Below, piece after piece: positions 11,590 through 25,799 of a DNA stretch of 64,000 bases (position 1 is the stretch's first letter; each line of letters opens with the position of its first letter). The notes under the pieces are model-generated. The model worked only from the letters and a program-made list of their open reading frames with translations, was not told the DNA's origin and did no database searches. Origin of the DNA: Octopus sinensis (taxonomy: Eukaryota); NCBI RefSeq assembly GCF_006345805.1, contig NC_043024.1:7626001-7690000 (forward strand), written 5' to 3'. The position numbers were made by a program, and so were the translations under genes.

Positions 11590-13680
11590 AGTGCTCAGGT
11601 GCACCACAACGTGTCAGAAAGTGTGTATAAAGTATATGCAGTAATGTACAAATGTCTGGAAAGCGAACAGTGTATAAGTCAGATACATGCTTGCGTGTGT
11701 ATGGAGGGGAGAAAATCAGGTGTAGTGTTGGCGAATCTCAGAAAGCATGGAAGTTTTGAAGGATGCAGTGCTCTGACAACTAAGAACTGATGCCGGCAGT
11801 TTGTTCCATGCTTCACGCGGTGTATGGAGGGGAGAAAATCAGGTGTAGTGTTGGCGATCTCAGAAAGCATGGAAGTTTTGAAGGATGCAGTGCTCTGATA
11901 ACTAACAACTGATGCCGGCAGTTTGTTCCATGCTTCAGCGTGTGTATAGAGGGGAGAAAATCAGGTGTAGTTTTGGCGAATCTCAGAAGCATGGAGTTTT
12001 TGAAGGATGCAGTGCTCCGACAACTAACAACTGATGCGGCAGTTTGTTCCATGCTTCAGCTTGTTTATGAGGGGAAAAATCAGGTGTATTGTTGGCGATC
12101 TCAGAAGCATGGAAGTTTTGAAGGTGCAGTGCTCTGACAACTCCACTGATGCCGGCATTTTGTTCCATCTTCAGCGGTGTATGGAGGGGAGAAAATCAGG
12201 TGTAGTGTTGGCGAATCTCAGAAGCATGGAAGTTTTGAAGGAGCAGTGCTCTGATAACTAACACTGATGCCGGCAGTTTGTTCCATGCTTCAGCGTGTGT
12301 ATGGAGGGGAGAAAATCAGGGTAGTGTTGGCGAATCTCAGGAAGCATGGAAGTTTTGAAGGATGCAGTGCTCCGACAACTAACAACTGATCCGGCAGTTT
12401 GTTCCATGCTTCAGCGTGTGTATGGAGAGGAGAAAATCAGGTGTAGTGTTGGCGAATCTCAGGAAGCATGGAAGTTTTGAAGGATGGAGTGCTCTGATAA
12501 CTAACAACTGATGCCGGCAGTTTGTTCCATGCTTCAGCGTGTGTATGGAGGGGAGAAAATCAGGGTAGTGTTGGCGAATCTCAGGAAGCATGGAAGTTTT
12601 GAAGGATGCAGTGCTCCGACACTAACAACTGATGCCGGCAGTTTGTTCCATGCTTCAGCGTGTGTATGGAGGGGAGAAAAATCAGGTGTAGTGTGGCGAA
12701 TCTCAGGAAGCATGGAAGTTTTGAAGGATGGAGTGCTCTGATAACTAAACAATGATGCCGGCAGTTGTTTCCATACTTCAGCACTCTCAGCATGAAAAAA
12801 TGTTTCCAAAAGAAAATTTAATTATTTTAATAATAATAATAATGAAATTATTGTATACAGTGCTCAGGTGCACCACAACTTGTCAAAAAGTGTGTATAAA
12901 GCACATGCAGTAATGTACACATGTCTGGAAAGCGAACAGTGTATGAGTCAGATACATGCTTGCGTGTGTATGGAGGGGAGAAAATCAGGTGAAGTGTTGG
13001 CAAATCTCTTGAAGCATGGAAGTTTTGAAGGATGCAGTGCTCCGACAACTAACAACTGATCCCGGCAGTTTGTTCCATACTCTCTCTCTTTTTACTCTTT
13101 TACTTGTTTCAGTCATTTGACTGCGGCCATGCTGGAGCACCGCCTTTAGTCGAGCAAATCGACCCCGGGACTTATTCTTTGTAAGCCCAGTACTTATTCT
13201 ATCGGTCTCTTTTGCAGAACCGCTAAGTGACGGGGACGTAAACACACCAGCATCGGTTGTCAAGCAATGCTAGGGGGACAAACACAGACACACAAACATA
13301 TACACACACACTTATATATATATATATATATACATATATACGAAAGGCTTCTTTCAGTTTCCGTCTACCAAATCCACTCACAAGGCATTGGTCGGCCCGG
13401 GGCTATAGCAGAAGACACTTGCCCAAGATGCCACGCAGTGGGACTGAACCCGGAACCATGTGATTGGTTAGCAAGCTACTTACCACACAGCCACTCCATG
13501 CTTCAGCAACTCTCAGCGAGAAAAAATGTTTCCGAAAGTCATGGGAACTGTGCTGTTTTCTGACTTTGTAAATATGCCCACGGGTGTTAGATGGGTGGAG
13601 TTTGAAAAGGTGCTCAGAGTTTGATAGGATCTTACAGAGGAGGTGCCTGTGGACTCATCCTATAATGACCCTCCCAGAAA
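11590..13680 (-). mobile_element. CR1/L2-type LINE 3' ends, including a 121-bp tandem array (about 9 copies, 11695-12790)
   Basis: FFT.RV.EAWNKLPASVVSCRSTASFK C-terminal motif with a (TTA)n tail (ATAATAATAAT at about 12830). Confidence 0.8.
13081..13497 (-). mobile_element. Family-a SINE inserted into a CR1-type LINE 3' end
   Basis: LINE sequence is continuous across the SINE (…GTTCCAT at about 13078 resumes as …CCATGCTTCAGCAACTCTCAGC at about 13497). Confidence 0.8.
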
Positions 13681-13734
13681 TATTGGGCAGAGAAGATGGC
13701 GGGATGGAGTTTGGTCAATCTTTTAAAATGTTAC

Positions 13735-13854
13735 CTTGACAGATTTTAACACAACGCATCGTTCTATATCCATTACAGTAACATACTTTACAGCCATCAA
13801 TGAAAGTGTCTCCTTCCACGTAATCCTTATTCTTGTAAATGCAAGTCAGTTCAT
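13735..13854 (-). CDS. Coding exon 3 (120 nt, phase 1-1): six-Cys VWC/pacifastin-like module (Y)ELTCIYKNKDYVEGDTFIDGCKVCYCNGYRTMRCVKICQ
   Basis: Acceptor TTGTCTTTATCTTTTACAG, donor G|GTAACA. Pattern C-x16-C-x2-C-x-C-x7-C-x3-C with the C.Y....Y..G..F.DGC..C.C signature of VWC/pacifastin-type modules. Confidence 0.9.
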
Positions 13855-13892
13855 CTGTAAAAGATAAAGACAAACATTAATGGAGTCTATGA

Positions 13893-16800
13893 TCAAACAC
13901 ACACACACTCATATATACATACAAACACACACACTCATATATACATACAAACACACACACACTCATATATACATACAAACACACACACACTCATATATAT
14001 ATATACAAACACACACACTCGTATATACATACAAACACACTCATATATACATACAAACACACACACACTCATATATACATACAACCACACACACACACAC
14101 ATATATACATACAAACACACACTCATATATACATACAAACACACACACACTCATATATACATACAAACACACACACACACTCATATATACATACAAACAC
14201 ACGCACTCATATATACATACAAACACACACTCATATATACATACAAACACACACTCATATATACATACAAACACACACACTCATATATGTACAAACACAC
14301 ACACTCATATATACATACAAACACACACACTCATATGTACAAACACACACACTCATATATACATACAAACACACACACACTCATACATACAAACACACAC
14401 ACTCATATATACATACAAACACACACACACTCATATATACATACAAACACACACACTCATATGTACAAACACACACACTCATATATACATACAAACACAC
14501 ACACACTCATACAACAAACACACACTCATATACCTACAACACACACACCAAACACCATATCTACATACAAACACAAGACGCACTCTATATACATACAACA
14601 CACACCACACTCATACAACAACACACACACTCAATACATACAACACACACACACTCCATATTACATACAAACACACACACTCATATATACATACAAACAC
14701 ACACACACTCATACATACAAACACACACACACACACTCATACATACAAACACACACACACACACACACTCATACATACAAACACACACACTCATATACAT
14801 ACAAACACACACACACTCATATATACATACAAACACACACACTCATATATACATACAAACACACACACACACTCATACATACAAACACACACACTCATAT
14901 ACATACAAACACACACACACACTCATACATACAAACCCCTACACTCATATATACATACAAACCACACACACCTCATACTACAACACACACACTCATATAC
15001 ATACAAACACACACACACTCATATATACATACAAACACACACACACACTCATACATACAAACACACACACTCATATATACATACAAACACACACACACAC
15101 TCATATACATACAAACACACACACACTCATACATACAAACACACACACACACACACTCATACATACAAACACACACACACACACACTCATACATACAAAC
15201 ACACACACACACTCATACATACAAACACACACACACTCATACATACAAACACACACACTCATATATACATACAAACACACACACACTCATATACATACAA
15301 ACACACACACACACTCATACATACAAACACACACACTCATATACATACAAACACACACACTCATATATACATACAAACACACACACACACTCATACATAC
15401 AAACACACACACTCATATACATACAAACACACGCACTCATATATACATACAAACACACACACTCATATACATACAAACACACACACTCATATATACATAC
15501 AAACACACACACACACTCATACATACAAACACACACACACTCATATACATACAAACACACACACACACTCATACATACAAACACACACACTCATATACAT
15601 ACAAACACACGCACTCATATATACATACAAACACACACACACACACTCATATATACATAAAAGAACACACACACTCATATACATACAAGCACACACACAC
15701 ACTCATATATACATACAAACACACACACTCATATATACATACAAACACACACACACACACTCATATATACATAAAAGAACACACACACTCATATACATAC
15801 AAGCACACACACACACTCATATATACATACAAACACACACACTCATATATACATACAAACACACACACACACACTCATATATACATAAAAGAACACACAC
15901 ACTCATATACATACAAGCACACACACACACTCATATATACATACAAACACACACACACTCATATATACATACAAACACACACTCATACATACAAACACAC
16001 ACACTCATATATACATACAAACACACACTCATACATACAAACACACACACACTCATATATACATACAAACACACACACACTCATATATACATACAAACAC
16101 ACACACACTCATATATACATACAAACACACACACACTCATATATACATACAAACACACACTCATATATACATACAAACGCACACTCATATATACATACAA
16201 ACACACACTCATATATACATACAAACACACACACCTCATATATACATACAAACACACACTCATATATACATACAAACACACTCATATATACATACAAACA
16301 CACTCATATATACATACAAACACACACACCTCATATATACATACAAACACACACACACTCATATATACATACAAACACACATACACTCATATATACATAC
16401 AAACACACACACACTCATATATACATACAAACACACACACACTCATATATACATACAAACACACACACACTCATATATACATACAAACACACACTCATAT
16501 ATACATACAAACGCACACTCATATATACATACAAACACACACTCATATATACATACAAACACACACACCTCATATATACATACAAACACACACTCATATA
16601 TACATACAAACACACTCATATATACATACAAACACACTCATATATACATACAAACACACACACACTCATATATACATACAAACACACACCACCACTCATA
16701 TACATACAAACACACACACACTCATATATACATACAAACACACACCACTCAATACATAAAATACACACACACAAACTCACATACATACCAACTAACATAC

Positions 16801-19700
16801 AAAAAACACACCACACTCATATATACATACAAACACACACACTCATATATACATACAAACACACACACACTCATATATACATACAAACACACACACTCAT
16901 ATATACATACAAACACACACACACTCATATATACATACAAACACACACACTCATATATACATACAAACACACACTCATATATACATACAAACACACACTC
17001 ATATATACATACAAACACACACACCTCATATATACATACAAACACACTCATATATACATACAAACACACACACACTCATATATACATACAAACACACACA
17101 ACACAATAATACCCACTCATATATACATACAAACACACACACCTCATATATACATACAAACACACACACCTCATATATACATACAAACACACACACCTCA
17201 TATATACATACAAACACACACACCTCATATATACATACAAACACACACACTCATATATACATACAAACACACACACCTCATATATACATACAAACACACA
17301 CACCTCATATATACATACAAACACACCACTCATATACATACAAACAACACACACACCTCATATATACATACAAACACACGCACTCCTATATACATACAAA
17401 CACACACACTCATAACATACAAAACACACACACTCATATTCATACATACAAACACACACACTCATTATACATACAAAACACACACACCCAACACACATAT
17501 ACATACAACAAACACAACACACCTCATATATACATACAAAACACACTCATATATACATACAAACACACACACCTCATATTACATACACCACACACTCATA
17601 TATACATACAAACACACACACACCTCATTATACATACAAACACACTCATTTATACATACAAACACACACACACTCATTATACATACAACCACACACCATT
17701 TATACATACAAAACACACACACTCATATATACATACAAACCCACAACACACCTCAACTCATATATACATACAAACCACACACACTCATATATACATACAC
17801 AACACACACTCAATATATACATACAAACACACACCACATCACTCATAACATACATACAAACACCACACACTCATATATACATACAAACACACACCACACT
17901 CATATATATACAACAACACACACACAACCTCATATATACATACAACCCCACCACCAAAAAAAACGCACTCATACAAAACACACACACTCATATATCATCA
18001 AACACACACACACACACACCCTCATATATACATACAACACACACACATCTCCTACATACAAACCATACACACTCATATATACATACAAACACACACACAC
18101 TCATATATACATACAAACATACACACTCATATATACATAAAACACACACACACATATACATACATACACACACACTCATATATACATAAAACACACACAC
18201 ACTCATATATACATACAAACACACACTCATATATACATAAAACAACACACACTCATATATACCCAAAACAAACCCACAGCAATATACATACTACCACACA
18301 CACTCATATATACATAAACCACACACACACCTCCATATATACATACAAACACACACACTCATATATACACATAACAACACCACACTCATATATACAATAC
18401 ACACACACAACCACACACACTCATATATACTACAAACAACACACCCCTCATATATAACATACGGCAACATACACACACTCACTAAGACCACAAACAACCA
18501 CACACACTCATATATACTACAACACACACACTCATATATACAAAAAACACACACTCATATATACATACAGACACACACTCATATATACATACAAACACAC
18601 ACACACTCATATATACATACAGACACACACTCATATATACATACACACACACACTCATATATACATACAAACACACACTCATATATACATACAGACACAC
18701 ACTCATATATACATACAGACACACACTCATATATACATACAAACACACACACTCATATACATACAAACACAACACTCATATATACATACGACACACACTC
18801 ATATATACATACAGACACACACTCATATATACATACAGACACACACTCATATATACATACACACACACACACTCATATATACATACACACACACACACTC
18901 ATATATACATACAAACACACACATACTCATATATACATACAAACACACACATACTCATATATACATACAAACACACACTCATATATACATACAGACACAC
19001 ACTCATATATACATACAGACACACACTCATATATACATACCAACACACACACACACTCATATATACATACAAACACACACTCATATATACATACAGACAC
19101 ACACTCATATATACATACAAACACACACATACTCATATATACATACAAACACACACTCATATATACATACAGACACACACTCATATATACATACAGACAC
19201 ACACTCATATATACATACACACACACACTCATATATACATACAAACACACACTCATATATACATACAGACACACACTCATATATACATACAGACACACAC
19301 TCATATATACATACCAACACACACACACACTCATATACATACAAACACACACACTCATATATACATACAAACACACACTCATATATACATACAAACACAC
19401 ACACACACTCATATACATACAAACACACACACTCATATATACATACAAACACACACTCATATATACATACAAACACACACACACTCATATATACATACAA
19501 ACACACACACACTCATGTATACATACAAACACACACACACTCATGTATACATACAAACACACACACACTCATGTATACATACAAACACACACACTCATAC
19601 ATACAAACACACACACTCATACATACAAACACACACACACACTCATATATACATACAAACACACACACTCATACATACATACAAACACGCACACACTCAC
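13893..19700. repeat. 5.8-kb minisatellite, unit (AC)nTCATATATACATACAA (about 22-30 bp)
   Basis: Directly visible tandem array; source of the spurious H/T/Y and C/V/M/Y ORFs, including the 959-aa one. Confidence 0.97.
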
Positions 19701-20516
19701 TCACTCATTTTCATCTTTGGACTGAGGCCATGCTAGGGCACTATATTGAAGAACTTAATTGAATGAACTGACCTCAGGACTTTAGCATTTAAGCTGGTTA
19801 TATTTGGCCCAAATATTCTACCTTTTTTGGATGTTCAAATCAATCAGATCAGACCTCTCACACCTACACTACAATGTCATTCTAAATACGCAATAATATC
19901 ATATAAAATTCTCAGAGGTATCAGATAATGCATTCATCATTCAAAATAATGCAAATGAATAATCGTCCCCAAAGTCCATCCCCTCCTCACCGTGGTGGGG
20001 ACGCTGGCAATGGGTGGTGTCAGAGCTATGCCGTCGGGAACTTCGGTTCCTGGTAGGGCCACAACCGGCAGACGGGGCTCTGGTGAAAATCCTCGGAGTC
20101 TCTGTTTCGGCAACCGGCAGCTCCTCGGTTGTTCTGTTACTGTGGACAATCTGCGGCAAACAGGATGTCTCTACATGTGGGATTGTTGGGGACCACTTGT
20201 GAAATTCATATTCCCACGAAACTTCTTCCACTGCCATGGTTCGAGATGCCTTGAGGGTGGTAGAAGAAGCCGACTCAACCCGCCCAGGGTGAATGTCACC
20301 ACAAGTACAAGTAAGTAAATAAATAAGCATTACATTTGACAGAATAATCTGAATGCTAAAGGGCTAAGCTTGGTACCTATTCTATCGGGCTCTTATGCTG
20401 AACTGCTAAGTTACAGGGATGGAAACAAACCGACACTGTCATGTGTTGGGTAAGTCACACACACACAGATAGATGTATGTATACACATGTTATAGTTAGA
20501 ACCATTTCATATAAAA

Positions 20517-20810
20517 CTAGCAGTATCGCCCGACATTGCTCGGGTTTGTAAGGGGAATAACTATATAAGCATTTTTAGAGAGTTACTTCCCTTATATAAA
20601 CCGAGCAAAAATGCATTAAAAATGCGGAAAAATGATGGTAAACTTTTTTTAAATCGTAGACTCATGCTAATACCCAGAAGGGCTCGATATGAATCACGAC
20701 TATAAGATACCCGCTTTTGGTTAAACTGCACTGCAAAATGTGGGAGTAGTTAGGAATCCAAATCGAAGTAGACAGACACACACACACAACTTCAGTTTTA
20801 TATATAAAGA
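20517..20810 (-). mobile_element. Non-autonomous Helitron (family A)
   Basis: Same termini as 4991-5383 in reverse orientation (A|TC at 20810, CTAG at 20517-20520). Confidence 0.85.
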
Positions 20811-21512
20811 TTTTGATTTTCTGATTAGATTATTCCAGCTTGTAAGATGGTTGGTGTTAAGAAGAGCATCCTATAGCGGAAACCATGCCAAAACAGATAG
20901 TGGAGCTTGGTGCAGACTTCTGCCTTGCCAGCTCCTGTCAAACCATCCAACCCATACATCATCATCATCGTTTAATGTCCGCTTTCCATGCTGGCATGGG
21001 TTGTACGGTTTGACTGAGGACTGGCGAGCCAGATGGCTGCACCAGGTTCCGATCTGATCTGGCAGAGTTTTTACAGCTGGATGCCCTTCCTAATGCCAAC
21101 CACTCTGAGAGTGTAGTGGGTGCTTTTTATATGCCACGGGCACGAAGGCCAGTCAGGCGGGACACTCAAATGGTGTTTTTTTATGTACCACCTGCACAGG
21201 AGCCAGTCCAGCAGCACTGGCAACAACCCGACTTGAATGTTTTTCACGTGTCACTGGCACAAGAGCCAGTAAGGCGACACTGGTAATGATCATGCTCGAA
21301 TGGTGCTTTTTATGTGCCGCCAGTCAGTGGCCCTGGCAACAATCATGCTTGGATGGTGCTTTTAACGTTCCAGTGGCACAGGTGCCAATCAGGCGGTTCT
21401 GTCATTGGCCACGTCAGCAAATTTCAGCATTGAAAATGGACATTAAAGTATGACGATGATGATGATGACAGCAATTCATCATGGAATTATTGATGCTGTA
21501 CATAAGGTGCAG

Positions 21513-21868
21513 GAGGCGCAATGGCCCAGTGGTTAGGGCAGCGGACTTGTGGTCGTAGGATTGCGGTTTCGATTCCCAGACCGGGCGTTGTGAGTGTTTA
21601 TTGAGTGAAAACACCTAAAAGCTCCACGAGGCTCCGGCAGGGGATGGTGGTGATCCCTGCTGTACTCTTTCACCACAACTTTCTCTCACTCTTACTTCCT
21701 GTTTCTGTTGTACCTGCATTTCAAAGGGCCGGCCTTGTCACTCTCTGTGTCACGCTGAATATCCCCGAGAACTACGTTAAGGGTACACGTGTCTGTGGAG
21801 TGCTCAGCCACTTACACGTTAATTTCACGAGCAGGCTGTTCCGTTGATCGGATCAACCGGAACCCTCC
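21513..21868 (+). mobile_element. tRNA-derived SINE, family e
   Basis: Head GGCGCAATGGCCCAGTGGTTAGGGCAGCGG...GGTTTCGATTCCC. Copies at about 42355-42620 (-) and 51643-52029 (-); a related element with a different head at 59358-59680 (+). Confidence 0.8.
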
Positions 21869-22336
21869 TCTTTGGACTGAGGCCATGCTAGGGCACTATA
21901 TTGAAGAACTTAATTGAATGAACTGACCTCAGGACTTTAGCATTTAAGCTGGTTATATTTGGCCCAAATATTCTACCTTTTTTGGATGTTCAAATCAATC
22001 AGATCAGACCTCTCACACCTACACTACAATGTCATTCTAAATACGCAATCATATCATATAAAATTTGTGACTGCAAAGACCCGGGCTGCTTCCTGCACCA
22101 GGTCTGCATAGCCCCTGCCCATTCAAAGTACCTTGGATTCCAGAACATCCCGCTGTGCTTGAGGAGACCTATTAAGTCAAGTACATGAACATTGAAATAA
22201 ATATCAATGGAAATAGTAGTTGACAGAGTGCTTCCACATAAGGTGGATGTTCAAAACATGAATACCAACAAAGAGACAAACACAAAAACAGAGAGAGAGA
22301 GAGACGGAGAGGTTTGCAAGTGATGTATTTACTTAC

Positions 22337-22456
22337 ATTTAGCAGCCTCAACTTTGTTGTTGTAGCAAACTTCCAATTCACCATCCTTCATAAGAGCTCT
22401 AAAAATCGGATGCTCGTGAGGATCACATCCACCTGCATAGCGTAAGCCACAAATCA
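22337..22456 (-). CDS. Coding exon 2 (120 nt, phase 1-1): (V)ICGLRYAGGCDPHEHPIFRALMKDGELEVCYNNKVEAAK
   Basis: Acceptor TTCTTGATTTCTTTGTTACAG, donor T|GTAAGT. Open frame that completes the signal peptide begun in exon 1. Confidence 0.85.
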
Positions 22457-23574
22457 CTGTAACAAAGAAATCAAGAAGTATATCAGCCGAAACGTTAACA
22501 ACAAAGATGAGGACAAATATCCATCAAATGTAAATAATGTAAATAAAGGCGCAGGAGTGGCTGTGTGGTAAGTAGCTTGTCTACCAACCACATGGTTCCG
22601 GGTTCAGTCCCACTGCGTGGCACCTTGGGCAAGTGTCTTCTACTATAGCCTCGGACCGACCAAAGCCTTGTGAGTGGATTTGGCAGACGGAAACTGAAAG
22701 AAGCCTGTCGTATACATATATATATATGTATGTGTTTGTCCCCTAGGATTGCTTGACAACCGATGCTGGTGTGTTTATGTCCCCGTTACTTAGCGGTTCG
22801 GCAAAAGAGACCGATAGAATAAGTACTGGGCTTACAAAAGAATAAGTCCCGGGGTCGAGTTGCTCGATTAAAGGCGGTGCTCCAGCATGGCCGCAGTCAA
22901 ATGACTGAAACAAGTAAAAGAGTAAAGGTATTTCCTTTGTTTTTATGTTTTGAGTTCAAATTCTACTGAGGTTGACTTTATCTTTCAGCCTTATGGGGTT
23001 GATGAAATAAGTATCATTCGTGCACTGCGGTCAATGTAATTGACTAACCCACGTCCCCAAAATTTAAAGCCTTGTGCTTATGGTCATTTCTGCCTATCTT
23101 CGCCTGCAGCAGAATGTGCCACTCACATGAGATGGTTGCCTCCATAGTATTCAATCTTTGTATATTTTACCCCAGTGTCACTTTGATGGCATGCATTGCC
23201 CTCTCATCAATAATAATAATAATAATCATCATCATCATAATCATCGTCTAACGTCCGTTTTCCATGCTAACATGGGTTGGACGGTTCGACCGGGGTCTGG
23301 GAAGCCAGAAGGCTGCACCAGGCTCCAGTCTGATCTGGCAATGTTTCTACGGCTGGATGCCCTTCCTGACGCCAACCACTCTGTGAGTGTAGAAGGTGCA
23401 TTTTATGTGCCACCGGCACAGGTGCCAGACAGGGCTGGCAAACGCCATGGTCAGATGGTGCTTTTTATGTGCCACCGGCATGGGGGCCAGGCGTGGCTGG
23501 CAACAGCCACGATCGGATGGTGTTTTTTACGTGCCACTGGAATGGAGGGCCGTCGGGGCAGCACTGGCGCTGTA

Positions 23575-24018
23575 CCTCTGAAAAACCTATACCTTGTGTG
23601 TAATATGCACCCCTTCTCTAACTTGAGTTGTGCGTAATTAAGCCAGCAGCACCTAGTCGAACAAACACTTCCACACGTGTAATACAATAATGGTGATGTT
23701 CTTAACTGTTATATGAGGATGTAAATATGTTTGCAAATTGTTTTTGTTACATGTTATTCTGTGTTCTGAATACTTTTATTTTAATAAATGTTGCTTACTG
23801 CAAGTTATGGATGATTCTTTTATGACTTCATTGCTTTCAGGCTTAGCTTAAGGTATTTTCGCGCCCGACATCACAAAATGCGTCTGAATAAACATTGCCG
23901 GACAGCAAATAGAGACTCGGACATTGCTTAGAAAATATTTTTCATTTAGTACACACTAGTGATTTTGACCTTTAAATTTTGGGAAAAACATGTGGATTAT
24001 ACTCCAGGATTTATGGTA
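23575..24018. mobile_element. Possible Tc1/pogo-like DNA transposon end
   Basis: Right end GATTATACTCCAGGATTTATGGTA resembles TACCGTA…GGAGTATAA-type termini; the partner TIR was not found. Confidence 0.35.
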
Positions 24019-24597
24019 GGTTAAGGTTTAACCATTTTATTTTATTTTTTAAGTTTCAGCTCACAAGCTGTGGCCATGCTGGGGCACCGCCATTAATGTT
24101 CATATTATTCTATCAAACATAATGCCTATTGATTCCCATTGATTTGAATTAATCATGCATTATCTCAGATCTTCAAGATCTTGATGGTGTAATTACTTAA
24201 TGTAGAATAACATTGTGGGGTAGGTGTGAGGGCCTGGATCTGGTCAGTTTGAACATAAAACAGATTAAATATTTTGGCCAGATATGGCGGGTTTTAATAC
24301 TAAAAGGTTAAAGAACAACTATAATAGCACTTCCATAACTTTTCTCTTATATTCATCCTTCTGTAACTTGAGGGTGTAACTCATCTTCACGATCATGTTT
24401 TTTCCTTATCAAAGGAAAGAGATATATGGCACACTGCCGTACTCAAGGAGACCTGTCTACCACAGCAGAATTGATATTTGTGCTAGTGCCACGTAAAAAG
24501 CATTGTTGTTGGTATTACATAAAAAGCACTGATTGGCACTGTCAGTTACAATGATGAGGGTTCCAGTTGACCTGATGAATCGAACAGCCTGCTCATA

Positions 24598-25510
24598 CGT
24601 AGTGCTGGCGAATCTCAGGAAGCATGGAAGTTTTGAAGGATGCAGTGCTCCGACAACTAACAACCGATGCCGGCAGTTTGTTCCATGCTTCAGCAACTCT
24701 TAGCGTGAAAAAATGTTTCCGAAAGTCATGGGAGCTGTGCTGTTTTCCGACTTTGTAAACATGTCCACGGGTGTTAGACAGGTGGAGTTTTTAAATAATA
24801 ATAATAATGAAATTATTGTATACAGTGCTCAGGTGCACCACAACTTGTCAGAAAGTGCGTATAAAGCATATGCAGTAATGTACAAATGTCTGGGAAGTGA
24901 ACAGTGTATGAGTCAGGTACATGCTTGCGTGTGTATGGAGGCGGAGAAAATCAGGTGTAGTGTTGGCGAATCTCAGGAAGCATGGAAGTTTTGAAGGATG
25001 CAGTGCTCTGATAACTAACAACCGATACCGGCAGTTTGTTCCATGCTTCAGCAACTCTTAGCATGAAAAATGTTTCCTAGAGTCATGGGAGCTGTGCTGT
25101 TTTCTGACTTTGTAAACATGTCCACGGGTGTTAGACAGGCGGAGTTTTTAAATAATAATAATGAAATTATTACATACAGTGCTCAGGTGCACCACAACTT
25201 GTCAGAAAGTGCATATAAAGCATATGCAGTAATGTACAAATGCCTGGAAAGCGAACAGTGTATGAGTCAGATACATGCTTGCGTGTGTATGGAGGCGGAG
25301 AAAATCAGGTGTAGTGTTGGCGAATCTCAGGAAGCATGGAAGTTTTGAAGGATGCAGTGCTCCGACAACTAACAACTGATGCCAGCAGTTTGTTCCATGC
25401 TTCAGCAACTCTCAGCGTGAAAAAATGTTTCCGAAAGTCATGGGAGCTGTGCTGTTTTCTGACTTTGTAAACATGTCCATGAGTGTTAGATGGGTGGAGT
25501 TTGAAGAGGT
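24598..25510 (-). mobile_element. CR1/L2-type LINE 3' end, tandem with a 357-bp period (about 2.5 units)
   Basis: HGHVYKVRKQHSSHDFRKHFFTLRVAEAWNKL; each unit has its own (TTA)n tail; equivalent ORFs at 24713 and 25070. Confidence 0.8.
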
Positions 25511-25799
25511 GCTCAGAGTTATATGATGATGATGATGGTAATGATCGTTTCAAAGGAAAGAGGTTCCCTTACAACTACAGTTTATCAATGATGCCCCTTT
25601 TGTTGAAAGGCATTAGTTTAAATCAAGAACCAATTTAACCAAACTAAAATACAAGGTACATTCCGTAAATCTTCAAAGTTTTTCAGGAGAGACATTTATT
25701 AATTCCAATGAAGTACAAAACTACCCTCTTTCAAAGTAGGGCCCCCTGATTTCAATGCACTTGTAGTGCTTGGGTCACTTTGTGAAGCCATTCAAAATG

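Noticed and set aside
11695-12790. Regular repeat array resembling CRISPR
   Set aside because: Units are contiguous with no unique spacers, derive from a LINE 3' end, and the context is eukaryotic.
13880-16759. 959-aa His/Thr/Tyr-rich ORF and the many C/V/M/Y ORFs in 13.9-19.7 kb
   Set aside because: Translation of a stop-free (AC)n/ATAC minisatellite; no coding signal.
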